This document shows positions 12,609-26,287 of a stretch of DNA of 64,000 nt, piece by piece; position 1 is the stretch's first letter; each line of letters begins with the position of its first letter. Position numbers and translations under genes: made by a program. Source of the stretch: Octopus vulgaris (lineage: Eukaryota); NCBI GenBank assembly GCA_951406725.2, contig OX597831.1:76260001-76324000 (forward strand). The letters run 5' to 3'. The notes under the pieces are model-generated. The model was not told where the DNA came from. It was given only the letters and a program-made list of their open reading frames with translations, and made no database searches.

Positions 12609-13656
12609 GGGGAAAGAAAAGAAAGGAAGAAAAAAGAAACAAGGACGATGTAAAGTTAGGATGCAATCGTTAGTCGATAACTTGTGTCAGTTCAATTCAG
12701 AAAACTTATAAACACACCACTACATACCCCTCCACACACACACAACACCCTCTCCACAACACCCACCACAGCACCACGCAACACCCCTACCACATCCCAT
12801 ACTACGCCACACAATATCGACATCGACATCATGTCCTTCGCTTTCAAGGTCCGATTTGATCCAATCCATTTTAAGCAAATAATTCCAATGTGTTCCTATG
12901 TGTTTATTTTCAATAAATAAATAAATGAAAGACAACGCGCAGACATACACAAAGAGCAGACGCTCTCTCGACAAAAACACATACACACACACAAATACAA
13001 ACATATACATACAACGCATAAACACACACATACACGCACACAACACAAACATGTGCACAAATGCAAATGTTATAGAAAAAAATGAAAAAAAGAGAGAATT
13101 TATAAAAAAAAAAAAAAATTATAAAACAAGAAATTACAAAAATGCACAAAAATGCAAAAATGAAAGAAAAAAGGAAAAAGAAATTAAAAAACAAATTTGC
13201 TAAACGAAAAATACCTGAAAAAAGAAAAAACAGCAAAAGAAACACATCACTGCAAAAAAACAAAATAAATAAAAGAGAAGGAAAAAAAGAAACATAAATA
13301 CATTAAAAATAGCGACGAGCCCCTAAAACAAAAAGAAGGCCCGGGACGAAACGAGGGAAAGGGGTCGCGCTAAATGTGTAAATAGTTGCCGAGACTTTGG
13401 GTTTATTTATTAATCTTTAACTAAGTTTAGAAACAAATTCTCGGTGCTTCTTTCAGAATATAAGTTTAAGAACAAAAAAAAAAGAAAAAGAAAAAACGCA
13501 ACAACAAACACACGAAAATAAATTTACGTACATATACACAATATATATGTGTGTATATATATATACACACACATATATATATATATATATACATACACAC
13601 ACACACACACATATATATATATACATCTACACAGAGTTCATATATATATTTATATA

Positions 13657-13718
<62 letters not shown>

Positions 13719-13777
13719 CATCTACACAAAGTTCATATATATATTTATATATATATTTACACACACACACACATATA

Positions 13778-13853
<76 letters not shown>

Positions 13854-13859
13854 TATATA

Positions 13860-13902
<43 letters not shown>

Positions 13903-13909
13903 TATATAT

Positions 13910-13965
<56 letters not shown>

Positions 13966-14004
13966 ACACAAAGTTCATATATACTTATATATATATGTAT
14001 ATAT

Positions 14005-14059
<55 letters not shown>

Positions 14060-14478
14060 TGCGCCGCGCTTGTATCGATAACAACAACGAGTAAATTTCA
14101 AAGTTCCGGTTTATCTACGAGATGTTTCTTCCGTGACACGTGATTATCTTTACATGTGGCAGAAGCCATGACAGGGTGTAGATGTGGTGATAGTGGCGAT
14201 GGTAGTAGTGGTGGTGGTGGTGGTGGTGGTGAGCGCGTGCGTTTGTGGATTTTTGTTTGCGCGCGTGTATGCGTATGTGTATGCGTGCGTGTATGCGTGC
14301 TTTTGTGTGTGTGTGTGTGTGTGTAGCGGTGTGGTTGTGTGTGTTTAGCGACGTGGCAGTTCATGTTTGGTGACGTGGTGGCGTGGTGGCGCGTGGAGTT
14401 CGTATCAGTGCGGAGACGCGTCTGTGGTTCTAATGCTCCTGTATAATGTATGGTTATGTATGTGTGTATGTGTGTGCA

Positions 14479-14522
<44 letters not shown>

Positions 14523-14534
14523 TAAATAGGGAGA

Positions 14535-14572
<38 letters not shown>

Positions 14573-14665
14573 CAGATATATATACACACACGCACATATA
14601 TGTAAAGAGAGAGAGCAAGAGAGAGAAAGAGGAAGAGAGAGGGAGGGGGAGAGATAGATAGATAG

Positions 14666-14889
14666 ATTTCTTTACTACCCACAAGGGGCTAAACATAGAG
14701 GGGACAAACAAGGACAGACAAAGGGATTAAGTCGATTACATCGACCCAGTGCGAAACTGGTACTTTATTTATCGACCCTGAGAGGATGAAAGGCAAAGTC
14801 GACCTCAGCAGAATTTGAACTCAGAACGTAACGACAGACGAAATACTGCTAAGCATTTCGCCCGGCGCGCTAACGTTTCTGCCAGCTCG
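14666..14889 (-). mobile_element. SINE B with Tx1-type 3' tail, flanked by (GATA) repeats
   Basis: gatagatagatagat|ttctttactacccacaaggggctaaac…gccagctc|gataaatagatagatagat. Confidence 0.85.
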
Positions 14890-14951
14890 ATAAATAGATA
14901 GATAGATGCATGTATACATACACGTACATGAGTATGTATTATGTGTGTGTG

Positions 14952-14985
<34 letters not shown>

Positions 14986-15048
14986 TGTATGTATGTATGT
15001 ATGTATGTATGTATGTATGTGTGTATGTATGTATGTATGTATGTATAC

Positions 15049-15487
15049 ATTTTTCACTTGTTTCAATTATTGGATAGCAGCCTTACTGGAGCATCTCTTT
15101 GAAAGGTTTAATCGAACAAAGCGACTGCCGTCCCTTTTTTCTAAGCTTAGTACATATTCCATCGATCTCTTTTGCCGAACCGCTAGTTTACGGAGACGTA
15201 AACAAACCAACACTGGTTATAATGAGGCTTTGAAAAACAAACACATTCAGAAAAGCACACACACACACATACACACACACACAAGCACGCATACACACAC
15301 ACACACATACACACACACACACACATACAGGCATACACACACTTACATATGCGATGGGCTTCTTTCAGTTTCCGTCCGTGAAATCCCTCTCAATGCTTTG
15401 TGTAGGCCTGAGGCTAAAGCAGTGCCACACCGTGGGACTGAACCCAGAACTCTACAGTTGGGGAGCGAATTTCTTATCACACACAAT
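15049..15487 (-). mobile_element. Diverged SINE A
   Basis: Similar to 37312-37706, with an internal (CA)n. Confidence 0.7.
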
Positions 15488-15580
15488 CATTGACAGAGAG
15501 ACAGATAATGATAGCTATGTGTAGCGTTGTGGGGATTCCTATAAGTGTGGTGGTGTGTGTGACTGTGTGTGTGTGAGTAT

Positions 15581-15629
<49 letters not shown>

Positions 15630-15987
15630 CGTGTGAGTGTGTGTGTGTTGGTTGGTCTGTAATGGCGTGGTTGTATGTTTTCAGTCGTTTCCTGTTTGCA
15701 ATTTGGTTTCGAATCCGAATATTTGCTGACACTGTTGCTCTTACTGCAGCCGTAACTGTTGCTGTTGTCCTTGTTGTAAGGCCTTGTCTTATGATCAGAG
15801 ACGTTCCACTCGTGATCTTCCCGACTTTTCTATATTTTCAGGACATTCCTGAATACCAATATTCTTCCCGAAGTCCAATACTTGCTACAAAGTTGGTCCA
15901 CATTTGGCATCAGTCACAGCTTTAATACGTCGAGGAATTGACTAGGACAGGTTCTGAACGGTTCCTAGAAGAATTTTGAACCATTCT

Positions 15988-16270
15988 TCATCATCATCAT
16001 CATCATTGTTCCACTGTGGTCGAGACAATGGAATTTACCATGCTACACCAGACTTCACGGTCCATCATGGCATTACGGAGGTCCTGATGCTGGATGCCTG
16101 TATCCCTGGAGATTACATCAGGGTAGGAGAGTGTGCGTCCTCTGGTATTGCGAGTAGATGGCTTCCAGAGGAGAAGAGTAGAAATTACCTCTTTTTCAGC
16201 TCTACAACAATATCCAGCAAACTGGACTCTCCTACCTTTCACAAGAGATGACACAGGTGGTAGTTTCCCA
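15988..16270 (-). pseudogene. RTE-clade LINE 3' fragment with (TGA)n tail
   Basis: RRVQFAGYCCR…LLLWKP…RGRTLSYPDVI…AMMDREVW, then a stop and (TGA)n. Confidence 0.8.
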
Positions 16271-16400
16271 CATATATATATATATACACTTTGAATTTGG
16301 TGATACTGGTAACGGCTTTGGCTCGCTCTGATACTAGGAGTTGAGGTGATGCCTTCTAGTACCTCCAAATTTAATATACAATTATTCATAATTATAGTGT

Positions 16401-16492
16401 CCTACACTGATGAGAAAAAAAAGTTGGGTAAGACATAATTATCTAATTGTTATGCTTTCCTAAAACTTAATTTCGAAACGTACGTCCGTAGG
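16401..16492 (+). ncRNA. Type I hammerhead ribozyme in a pLTR-like element (~16280-16672)
   Basis: CCTACa-CTGATGA-GAAA aaa AAGTT…AACT taa TTTC-GAAA-CGTACG-TC-cGTAGG (GUC triplet); family tail, then (TA)n. Confidence 0.78.
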
Positions 16493-16670
16493 TGACTTAA
16501 AATTGTATGATTGTCGTCATTTCGTTCTCTCTTGCCTGCGTTTGTCTTCTAAGTGCTGTCGTTTTACTGAGATCTCCCTTTTAGTAGAAAGAATAGCTAT
16601 AACTCTTTGACTGCTATTTCTAAACTCGGTGTGTGGTGAGGCAAATCGTTGCTAAACCCTTAATTACTTA

Positions 16671-16748
<78 letters not shown>

Positions 16749-16894
16749 TTCAAGTAAGATTTGCTTTAGTTCTTTCAGCGAAGATGACGAAGGGAAGCAG
16801 AACATTTTCTGTTTCAAAATCCACAATAAAACTTTGATTTTATTGAGATGTGGTCATTGTGTGTGCGTGCGTGCGTGCGTGCGTGTGTGTGTGT

Positions 16895-16963
<69 letters not shown>

Positions 16964-17002
16964 CGTGTGTGTGTGCGTGCGTGCGTGTGCTTCTCTGTGT
17001 GT

Positions 17003-18052
17003 GTGCGTTGTGGCCAGTTCAATCGGTCTATTTTAGTTTCGAACTCTTTGTACCAACTTTGAATAACATTAGCCGCATGAATCATTGCATTATTGTCTTG
17101 GAAGATTTCGCTTCCACCAGAGAACAATGTTTGTGACGTTTGACGGACATGATCGACTAAAACACTCACATTAACCTTGGCGTTAACTCTGCCAATGTAG
17201 GACAAATAAAAGGCCTAAAGAATTCCGTAATGTAGCAACGCAAATAATCGCATTCACAGTAGGATGCCAAACAATCAAGACAGAAGGTCTCGGGGGGGGG
17301 GGTAGAACGATCAGGCTAGAAAGTATCTCAGAGCTATGTCCAGACATAAAGTTGCCCTGAAAAAAGGAAAAACACTGAATGATGATTCATTCGAGAAGAT
17401 AACATTGTTCCATTGAACCATTGACCACTTCTGATAGTCTACAGACCATTTCTTTGACATATTATAATTGATGGGAAACAGGAGAAATTTAGCAATGATA
17501 CCCATCCCATGGTATAAAGCTTTATGAAGCTCACAGCAAAAGGTTTTAGTAACAGTTTTGGTTGACATAGGGTTAGTAAGGTGAAGGTTTAGCCTTAATC
17601 TTTTATTCACTGCCATAGTTCGATGGCTTTTTAGACACAGTACGTTTCACCATTCCATGGTGCCTTTCTGTCAGCTTTGCTGACCGCCAAGAATTATGCT
17701 CGTCGGAGCTGGTTTTACCTTGGTTTTTGAATGCCAACATAATTTTAGAGAGTGTGTCTTTCAAAACATTAAACAATTCAGCAGTTTAAATAAACGAAAC
17801 CGTAGCACAGCGCTCTCCAACAACTGGTCTTTTTTGGACATCAGATCAGTCACAAACCTCAACTTATTTAAATGGAAATATCTGTAGAAGAAAGAAAAAA
17901 AATGACGAAGTACAACAGGAGAATATATCATGAAGTGCACGATATTCATAATGTGTATGAACACACATGTACAGACTAGAATAGATTCGACACTGTCATA
18001 TGCCAGTACAAAAAATAGTGGTGTTTCCATTATTTTGCACATTCCCTATGTA
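17003..18052 (-). mobile_element. Degenerate Tc1-like DNA transposon remnant
   Basis: WNNVIFSNESSF and FQDNNAMIHAA…LNWP transposase motifs; terminal TIR-like gcaaaataatggaaacacc near 18020-18050. Confidence 0.7.
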
Positions 18053-18074
18053 TAAATATACATACATAGGGGAC

Positions 18075-18243
18075 ACACATTTTTTCTCTCCTTGTTTCTC
18101 TCCTTTTTTTTCTGTGTCCCTTTCTGTGGAAGAGCGTAGGCTCGAAACGTAAAAGACTTTTTCAATTCCTAAGTGTTATACTAATACATCTGTTTGTTTT
18201 GTACACCGCCTGTCTTCGTCTTCTGTTTTTTACGTGAACTCTC

Positions 18244-18247
<4 letters not shown>
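18075..18247 (+). mobile_element. Short Penelope-like element with a minimal hammerhead variant (18120-18155)
   Basis: CTTT-CTGTGGA-a-GAGC gtag GCTC-GAAA-CG-TA-AAAG; ends in (TA)n. Other copies at 47900-48128, 60735-60900 (-) and a tail at 2455-2531. Confidence 0.7.
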
Positions 18248-18290
<43 letters not shown>

Positions 18291-18965
18291 TACATATATA
18301 CACATATATATATACCTACATATATATACATGTATGTATACATATACATATATATATATAAATATATATACATGCACATATGTGTGTGAGAGAGAAGGAG
18401 ACAGACAGACAGAGAGACAGAGACATCGACAGAAGGAGAGACTGTGTATTTAATTAATCTAATGGAAATTATCACTGATTGACATGTTTACCTTCAAAGA
18501 ATACATTTAATCAGCAATTACCTTTAAGATGAAGCCAATATATTAATTATTTATAAAATATTATTTGGATGTTGTTTTCGTTTCTTCAAGTCTCCATGTT
18601 TTAATCCGTTTACTCTTCAATGAAAAGAAAACAACAAAATGGCTTCCTGTTACTGGTTCGTTCCAAAACATTTTTATGCTTGTAAAGCGAATTTAATCTA
18701 CAATAGAGATTGATTTATTAAAAACTTCTAATTCAAAATTGAAAATTAAAAGAAAATACGCTGGTTGTCTCCACATTTTCGCTTATGAGAAAAAGACTTA
18801 CGTGCTTCAAAAGCCACTGTTCAAATAGATAAATAAAGAAATAAAAAATAGAATAGATAAATATTTAAGATCTACAGTTTTCAAAAAGAATTATATTTAT
18901 ATATTTTATAGACGTAGATGTAATTAGTTATGTGGGTGTGCATGTGCGTGCGCCTGCGCGTATGT

Positions 18966-19074
<109 letters not shown>

Positions 19075-19100
19075 CACATACACATATACATACATACACA

Positions 19101-19139
<39 letters not shown>

Positions 19140-19345
19140 AATGTGACCGCGTGTGTACCGTTGGCGATTTTCTTTCCTCCGTCTTCCCTTCTCTGGATCT
19201 TTCTTTTTCCTATGTTTCTGACGAAGAGCTCCGCTCGAAACGCTAAACCCTCCTTCTTCCCTTCCTTCCTGAGTGTCCAATAATACTACATTTGTTCCAC
19301 GTCCTCGCGTTGTTGTGTTTTCTCTTTGTGTTTTCATGTTTGGAT

Positions 19346-19350
<5 letters not shown>
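19140..19350 (+). mobile_element. Short Penelope-like element with a minimal hammerhead (19214-19248)
   Basis: GTTT-CTGACGA-a-GAGC tcc GCTC-GAAA-CG-cT-AAAC; (TA)n on both sides; sister copy at 61700-61895. Confidence 0.72.
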
Positions 19351-19391
<41 letters not shown>

Positions 19392-19582
19392 ATTATATAC
19401 CAATATATATAACATTATATACCAATTAACTATTAGCTGCAGGCTAGTTTTCTCGGGTCTCATGGCGCCAAAATTAGAGACATTTGAAATATATATTTCA
19501 AATGTAATAGGCCGTACTCCATGCACGCGATATTTCGGTATCATGTTGGCATTTAGTACAGCAAATTGCATTTTATATGGGA

Positions 19583-19648
19583 CCATGCTGATGATGGCTG
19601 CACTTTTCCTTACGGAAAATAACAGCCGAAACTGAATTTAGTACATGG
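19583..19648 (+). ncRNA. Type I hammerhead ribozyme, intact core (element ~19390-19805)
   Basis: CCATG-CTGATGA-t-GGCTG cac TTTTCC ttac GGAAAA taa CAGCC-GAAA-CTGAATTTAG-TA-CATGG; covaries with 5795-5858. Confidence 0.85.
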
Positions 19649-19800
19649 GTAAATATTTATTTCGTATATTTTTCACTTGTTTATTGTTTTGGTTTTGTGT
19701 TGAGTTTGATCTGAGAACATAGACTTTTTGTGGAGAATGGCGATTTGACGTCTATATCTAGCATGTTGACTGTCCACTTTTTCGTGTTCAGTCCTTAATT

Positions 19801-19866
<66 letters not shown>

Positions 19867-19935
19867 TACATACATACTTACATACATATATAAGTACATT
19901 TGTATAGGCATACATATATGCATACGTGTGTGAAG

Positions 19936-20225
19936 GGCGTGGCCTAATGGTTAAGGTGTTGCATTCATGAGCACCAGATCGTGGGTTCGATTTTCGGACC
20001 GGGTGGCATGTTGTGATCTTGAGCAAAACACTTCATTTCATGTTGCCCCAGTCCACCTCGCTATAAATGAGTCACCCTGTAACAGAATGGCCTTCTGATC
20101 AGTAGGAATACTGGCCTGCCCGCTTAAGCCAGCAGGGTGACATTAGTCGGAAGCTAAAACAATGCAAAGTGCGTTGTGATCAGCGATGTAAAACAACATC
20201 CGGTAGTATGGTCAATCACGTGATA
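19936..20225 (+). mobile_element. tRNA-derived SINE (family D)
   Basis: A-box tggcctaatggtta, B-box gggttcgatt, CORE-like cttgagcaaaacactt. Confidence 0.7.
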
Positions 20226-20249
20226 TACCTATATAAGTATATATTTCAG

Positions 20250-20349
<100 letters not shown>

Positions 20350-20509
20350 TATATATATGCTTATATGTAGATATATGCTCGCTCAAATATATGTATATAT
20401 GCCATTATTCAGTTTTATTCCAAGATTTCTTACCAATAGAGAAACAACCGGTTTATAACCTAGATCCAAGGCTTCTGCATTGGAATTTCAATATAAGCAA
20501 CAGGGTATA

Positions 20510-20618
<109 letters not shown>

Positions 20619-20664
20619 TGTTTGAATATATGTTCGTGTGTACGTATTTTATTTTTTTTTCCCT

Positions 20665-20852
20665 TTTATTTGTCTCAGGCATTTGACTGCGGCCATGCTA
20701 GACCGCCGTATTTAGTCGAACAAATCGTCCCCTCTTTGTAAGCCTAGTACTTATTGCATCGGTTTATTTTTGCCGAAACCACCAAGTTACGGCAACATAA
20801 ACACACCAGCATCGGGTGTCAAGCGATGGTGGGGGAGCCAAACACACACACA

Positions 20853-20910
<58 letters not shown>

Positions 20911-20960
20911 TACATACATACATACATACATACATACATACATACATACATACATACATG

Positions 20961-21015
<55 letters not shown>

Positions 21016-21201
21016 GACGGGCTTCTTTCAATTAGTTCGATTAGTTCGATCCCAGTGTTCAACTGCTACTTATTTTATCCATCGCGAAAGGATGAAAAGC
21101 AAAGTCGACCTCGGCGGAGATTGAACTCAGAATGCAGTGACAGGCGAAATGCCGCTAAGTATTTCGCTCGGTGTGCTAACAAGCCTGCCAACCCGCCACC
21201 T
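20665..21201 (-). mobile_element. SINE A 3' part (20665-21030) joined to SINE B (21040-21201)
   Basis: Matches to both family consensus segments. Confidence 0.75.
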
Positions 21202-21205
21202 TAAT

Positions 21206-21249
<44 letters not shown>

Positions 21250-21251
21250 CG

Positions 21252-21282
<31 letters not shown>

Positions 21283-21300
21283 TAATAATATTAATAATAA

Positions 21301-22425
21301 ATGCCCTGATACAGTACCAGGCAATGGCTCTCATGGCTTCTGATCTTAACTGATTGGAAGTGTTATCATGTACATTGTTTTGTCTTGGTATAAAAGATGG
21401 GCTACAGCAAATATTCTGCTCAATACCACAGATTTGCTTGTCAGTTGTTTGACCTTAACCAGTTGAGCATGTCCCTTAGTGGCTGACGATATGTGCATCT
21501 CTGATCACGAGCAGAAGTAGTGGGGGAGCATCATAGCCATGTGTTGAGAGGGATTCTTTAGGATTTGAATAATTCACCTCTGGAAACATGGGTGGTTTTT
21601 TCAATATCCTTAAACAATCCTTATTCAGGGACCTTTTGAGCGGGATGGGCTACTCAACCAGAAGAAAATTCTAACTGGGCCCCACCTGCAAGGTCATGTG
21701 CTGTTTATCTTTTTATGAGATCACCATGTCGCGCACATATGGTTGTGATGCATGTGCCTGGTGTACCTTTATCAGACGGGTAGTCATGATGGGTATATTG
21801 GGCTTCATATATTTTACTCCAGTTTCACTTTGATGCCATGCACTGCTCTCTCACTCAATAATGATAATAATAATAATGATGCAGTACCAGGCAGTGGCTC
21901 TCGTGTCTTCTGATCTTAACTGATTGGAAGTGTCATCATGTACATTGTTTTGTCTTGGTATAAAAGATGGGCTACAGCAAATATTCTGCTCAATACCACA
22001 GATTTGCTTGTCAGTTGTTTGACCTTAAACAGTTGAGCATGTCCCTTTGTGGCTGACGATATGTGCATCTCTGATCACGAGCAGAAGTAGTGGGGGAGCA
22101 TCATAGCCGTGTGTTGAGAGGAATTCTTTGGAGTTTGGATAATTCATCTCTGGAAACATGGGTGCTTCGTTCAACATCCTTAAACAACCCTTATTCAAGG
22201 ACTTTTTGAGCGGGATGGGCTACACGACCTGATGAAAAATCTTAAGTGGGCCCCACCGGCAAGGTCATGCGCTGTTTATTTTGATATGAGATCACCATGT
22301 CGCGCACATATAGTTGTGATGCATGTTCCTGGTGTACCCTTATCAGACGGGTAGTCATGATGCGTGTACTGGGCTTCGTATATTTTACCCCAGGCACTTT
22401 GATGGCATGCACTGCTCTCTCACTC

Positions 22426-22427
<2 letters not shown>
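21301..22427 (+). mobile_element. Two tandem copies of a ~550-bp orphan non-coding element within (TAA)n (21301-21858, 21878-22427)
   Basis: Highly similar copies; inverted copy at 26288-26842; fragments at 38910-38993 and 45535-45712. Confidence 0.85.
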
Positions 22428-22520
<93 letters not shown>

Positions 22521-22522
<2 letters not shown>

Positions 22523-22720
22523 CTTTCTACTGGAGGCACAAGGCTTCAAATTTGTGGGGTCGATTATATCGACTCAGTGTTTCGCTGGTACTTTACTTAT
22601 CGACCCTGATGAAAGGCAAAGTAGATCTTGACGAAATTTGAACCCTGAACGTAGCGACGAGCGAAATGCCGCTAAACATTTCGCCCGGTGTGCTAACCGT
22701 TCTGCCAGCCCGCTGCCTTA
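22521..22720 (-). mobile_element. SINE B
   Basis: Family core and head. Confidence 0.75.
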
Positions 22721-23388
22721 CAACCGCAAAATAATTCAAATTTACAGTAAAAATGTTAAGCATACGTTTTTCGTCCCTCTTATCTCAAAATCTATAATTT
22801 TTAAATTAGCATTTTACTGGGTTCTAAAGAGAATTTTATCAACTTCTCCCCCTCCTCTTTCTCTCTCACTCACTCACTCACTCTCTCTCTCTGTTTATCT
22901 CTTTCACTCTCTCACATTCACACACACGAAATGCTTCATTTGTCATAATAGACGAAAGCAATGCATACACACACATACGCTCGTATTTATATATGTGGGT
23001 GTGTATATAAATGTTTATAAAGATGAGTGCGTGCATGTATATATATATATATATATATGTATCTATGTATTTGCGCGTGTGTTGTCCATATCTTCCTCGA
23101 TCGCCCCTCTCTCTTCACACACGTATACACACAGACACATAGAAACACACACATACATAGATTCATATTTACATATCCATGTTTATTTAAAAGAAATACG
23201 CCTGCACATAATTGCAGATAAGTGCATGCACATGCGTCGAACGCATGCACACACGAATGAACACAGATGCATGCATGTATATATGTATGTATGCACGTTT
23301 GTGTATCTATGTTAATGTACATATATATATATGCGTGTACATATATGTACATATATATATATATATATATGCGTGTACATATATGTAC

Positions 23389-23425
<37 letters not shown>

Positions 23426-23747
23426 CGTATGCATATACATAGGAGAGCACATGCACGTATTTGCATATACACGCGCATGCACATGCGCACAGCTCGTGTT
23501 GAACCTAAAAACTAGTATATGAATAAAATATATTGAAGAGTAACCGATAAAATCCTATCTCATAGATAAGGTCACGTGATGCCCGAGGACGAGATGGAGC
23601 TGATAGTGATTATATATGAGTCACTTGAAACACTACCCGGGGTGAGAACCTGCGGTACGACGACGAATGAGAGGCACGGAAGATGCTGGGTGGGTGGGGG
23701 AAGAAGGAGGAAAAGTAAATAGACAACAAAACATTGAAATACTAAAG

Positions 23748-23748
23748 C

Positions 23749-23812
<64 letters not shown>

Positions 23813-23831
23813 TAATAATGATAATAATAAC

Positions 23832-23869
<38 letters not shown>

Positions 23870-23888
23870 TAATAATGATAATAATAGT

Positions 23889-23956
<68 letters not shown>

Positions 23957-23975
23957 TAATAATGATAATAATAAC

Positions 23976-24028
<53 letters not shown>

Positions 24029-24038
24029 TAATAATAAC

Positions 24039-24076
<38 letters not shown>

Positions 24077-24186
24077 CAACAACGACAACAACAACAACAA
24101 CAAAAATAATAATAATAATAATAATAATGATGATGATGATGATAATAATAATAATAATAATAATGATGATGAGGATGATGATGATG

Positions 24187-24217
<31 letters not shown>

Positions 24218-24237
24218 TGATGATGATGATGATGCTG

Positions 24238-24274
<37 letters not shown>

Positions 24275-24291
24275 TAATAATAATAATAATA

Positions 24292-24358
<67 letters not shown>

Positions 24359-24372
24359 TGATGATGATGATG

Positions 24373-24406
<34 letters not shown>

Positions 24407-24501
24407 TGATGATGATGATGATGATAATAATAATAATAAGAATAATGATGATAATAATAATAATAATAACAACAACAACAACAACAATAATAATAATAAT
24501 A

Positions 24502-24558
<57 letters not shown>

Positions 24559-24580
24559 GCGATGATGATGTTGATGATAA
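23748..24580. repeat. ~830-bp (AAT)n/(GAT)n/(AAC)n array
   Basis: Seen directly. Confidence 0.95.
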
Positions 24581-24987
24581 TTATAAACAAACGGTGATAA
24601 CATAAACTGTTATAATAAGATTTGATGTGAACAATTAGCAAAACACCCCGCTCCTCTCCCCCTCCCCCTTTCACCCGTCGTAAAATGAGTATTTATTTGT
24701 TTTACAATTAGGTACATTAGCGTATTCAGTCAGAACGGCGAGCTTAAACCAGGAATATGGTGGCCGAAGCTGTTGCAAGTCAGAAGGCAAGCTTATGGCG
24801 TAGCTTTTGGTTCAGCTTGAACTGTAACCAGAATAGGCCGAAATGTTCGTAGTTTGAAAGGCAAGCTTAAACCTGGAATATGGTGACCGAAACAGTCGTA
24901 ATTTCAAGGCAAGCTTACTGTCAATATGGCGGCTGAAACGATCATATTTTGCAGAACTTAAACAGCTAATAGGTGTTGATGTGTGGA

Positions 24988-25206
24988 GGTGCAGGTGTGG
25001 CTGTGTGGTAAGAATCTTGTTTTCGAGCCACATGGTTCCGAGTTCAGTCCCACTGTGTGACACTTGGGTTGGTGTCTTCTACTATAGCCTCGGACCGACC
25101 AAAGCCTTAGGAGTGGATTTGGTAAACGGAAACTGAAAAACGCCCGTCGTATTCATATATATGTATATATACATACACACACACACACGCACATATACAT
25201 ATATAT

Positions 25207-25261
<55 letters not shown>

Positions 25262-25264
25262 CAT

Positions 25265-25300
<36 letters not shown>

Positions 25301-25329
25301 CTATGTATATATGTATGCATGTATGTATG

Positions 25330-25372
<43 letters not shown>

Positions 25373-25582
25373 CGTTGTGTTTGTGCTTGTTCCCACCACC
25401 ATCGCTTGACAACCGATGTTGGTGCGGTTATGTCGCCGAAACTTAACAATTCGGCCAAAGAGACCGATAGAATAAGTAATAGGCTTACAAAGAATACGCC
25501 CTGGGGTAGATTTGTTCGACTAAACGCGGTGCTCCAGCATGGCCGCAACCAAATGACTGAAAAGTGTAAAATAGTAAAAGAG
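24988..25582 (+). mobile_element. SINE A, full length with expanded internal (TA)/(CA)/(TG) tract
   Basis: ggtgcaggtgtggctgtgtggtaag…gagttcagtccc head; tail as in 1-222. Confidence 0.85.
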
Positions 25583-26182
25583 CAGTGAATGTGGCGGGGT
25601 TAAAACGAGGATTAAAACCGGGGTTAAAACTGAAGCGATCTTAGCCATTTCCCTCTCAAAGTTTGTCCTAAACGTCTATGCTTGTTAGCAGACTTTTAAT
25701 AAACTATTGTTTCATGCTTTCTGAGCAAAATAAAGCTTTCCTTTTTATAAGTCCCGAGTTGTTCAGGTGATCGAAAAAAAAAACTGGGCGTGTATTTTGT
25801 ATGAAGTATGGACGCAAGGAAACATATCCTGTGTATCGCAAGTGAATGTTGGGTCGTCAATATGGCGGCCGAAATAGTCGTGTTTTGAAGACAACTTAAA
25901 CAATGAATATGGCGCGAACAAAACTTAAAATGCGATCAGAAGATATGAATATGACAGCCGAAACATCATATTAATTCACTGGCGTCGTGGTTTGGTGGTT
26001 TGGATATTCGGTTCATAATTCCTTCTGATTCTTTACGTCATGAGTTCAAATTCGTCGAAGTCAAACTTTGTCTTTCATCTTTTCGAAATCGATAACATAA
26101 ATACCATTTGAGCATTGGGGTTGATGTAATCAATTAACCCCACCCCATCAGATCTGCTGCCCTTGTACTCAAGAAAAAAAAC

Positions 26183-26238
<56 letters not shown>

Positions 26239-26287
26239 GTACACCTCATCCTTCGCTCTCGTGGCAAATAAATGAAACCATTATTAT

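Noticed and set aside
21500-21530. Short U1 snRNA-like words (TGATCACGA, GTAGTGGGGGA) in the 550-bp element
   Set aside because: The spacing is incompatible with U1 and there is no ACTTACCTG 5' end or Sm site; probably coincidence.
21301-22427. Direct repeats as LTRs of an LTR element or TRIM
   Set aside because: No TG…CA ends, PBS or PPT; separated only by TAA units; solo copies have TAA flanks.
24735-24965. Repeat-spacer-like pattern suggesting a CRISPR array
   Set aside because: Degenerate tandem units, eukaryotic context and no cas genes.
25596-25632. ggggttaaaac repeats as a telomere remnant
   Set aside because: Only three imperfect units, and not TTAGGG.
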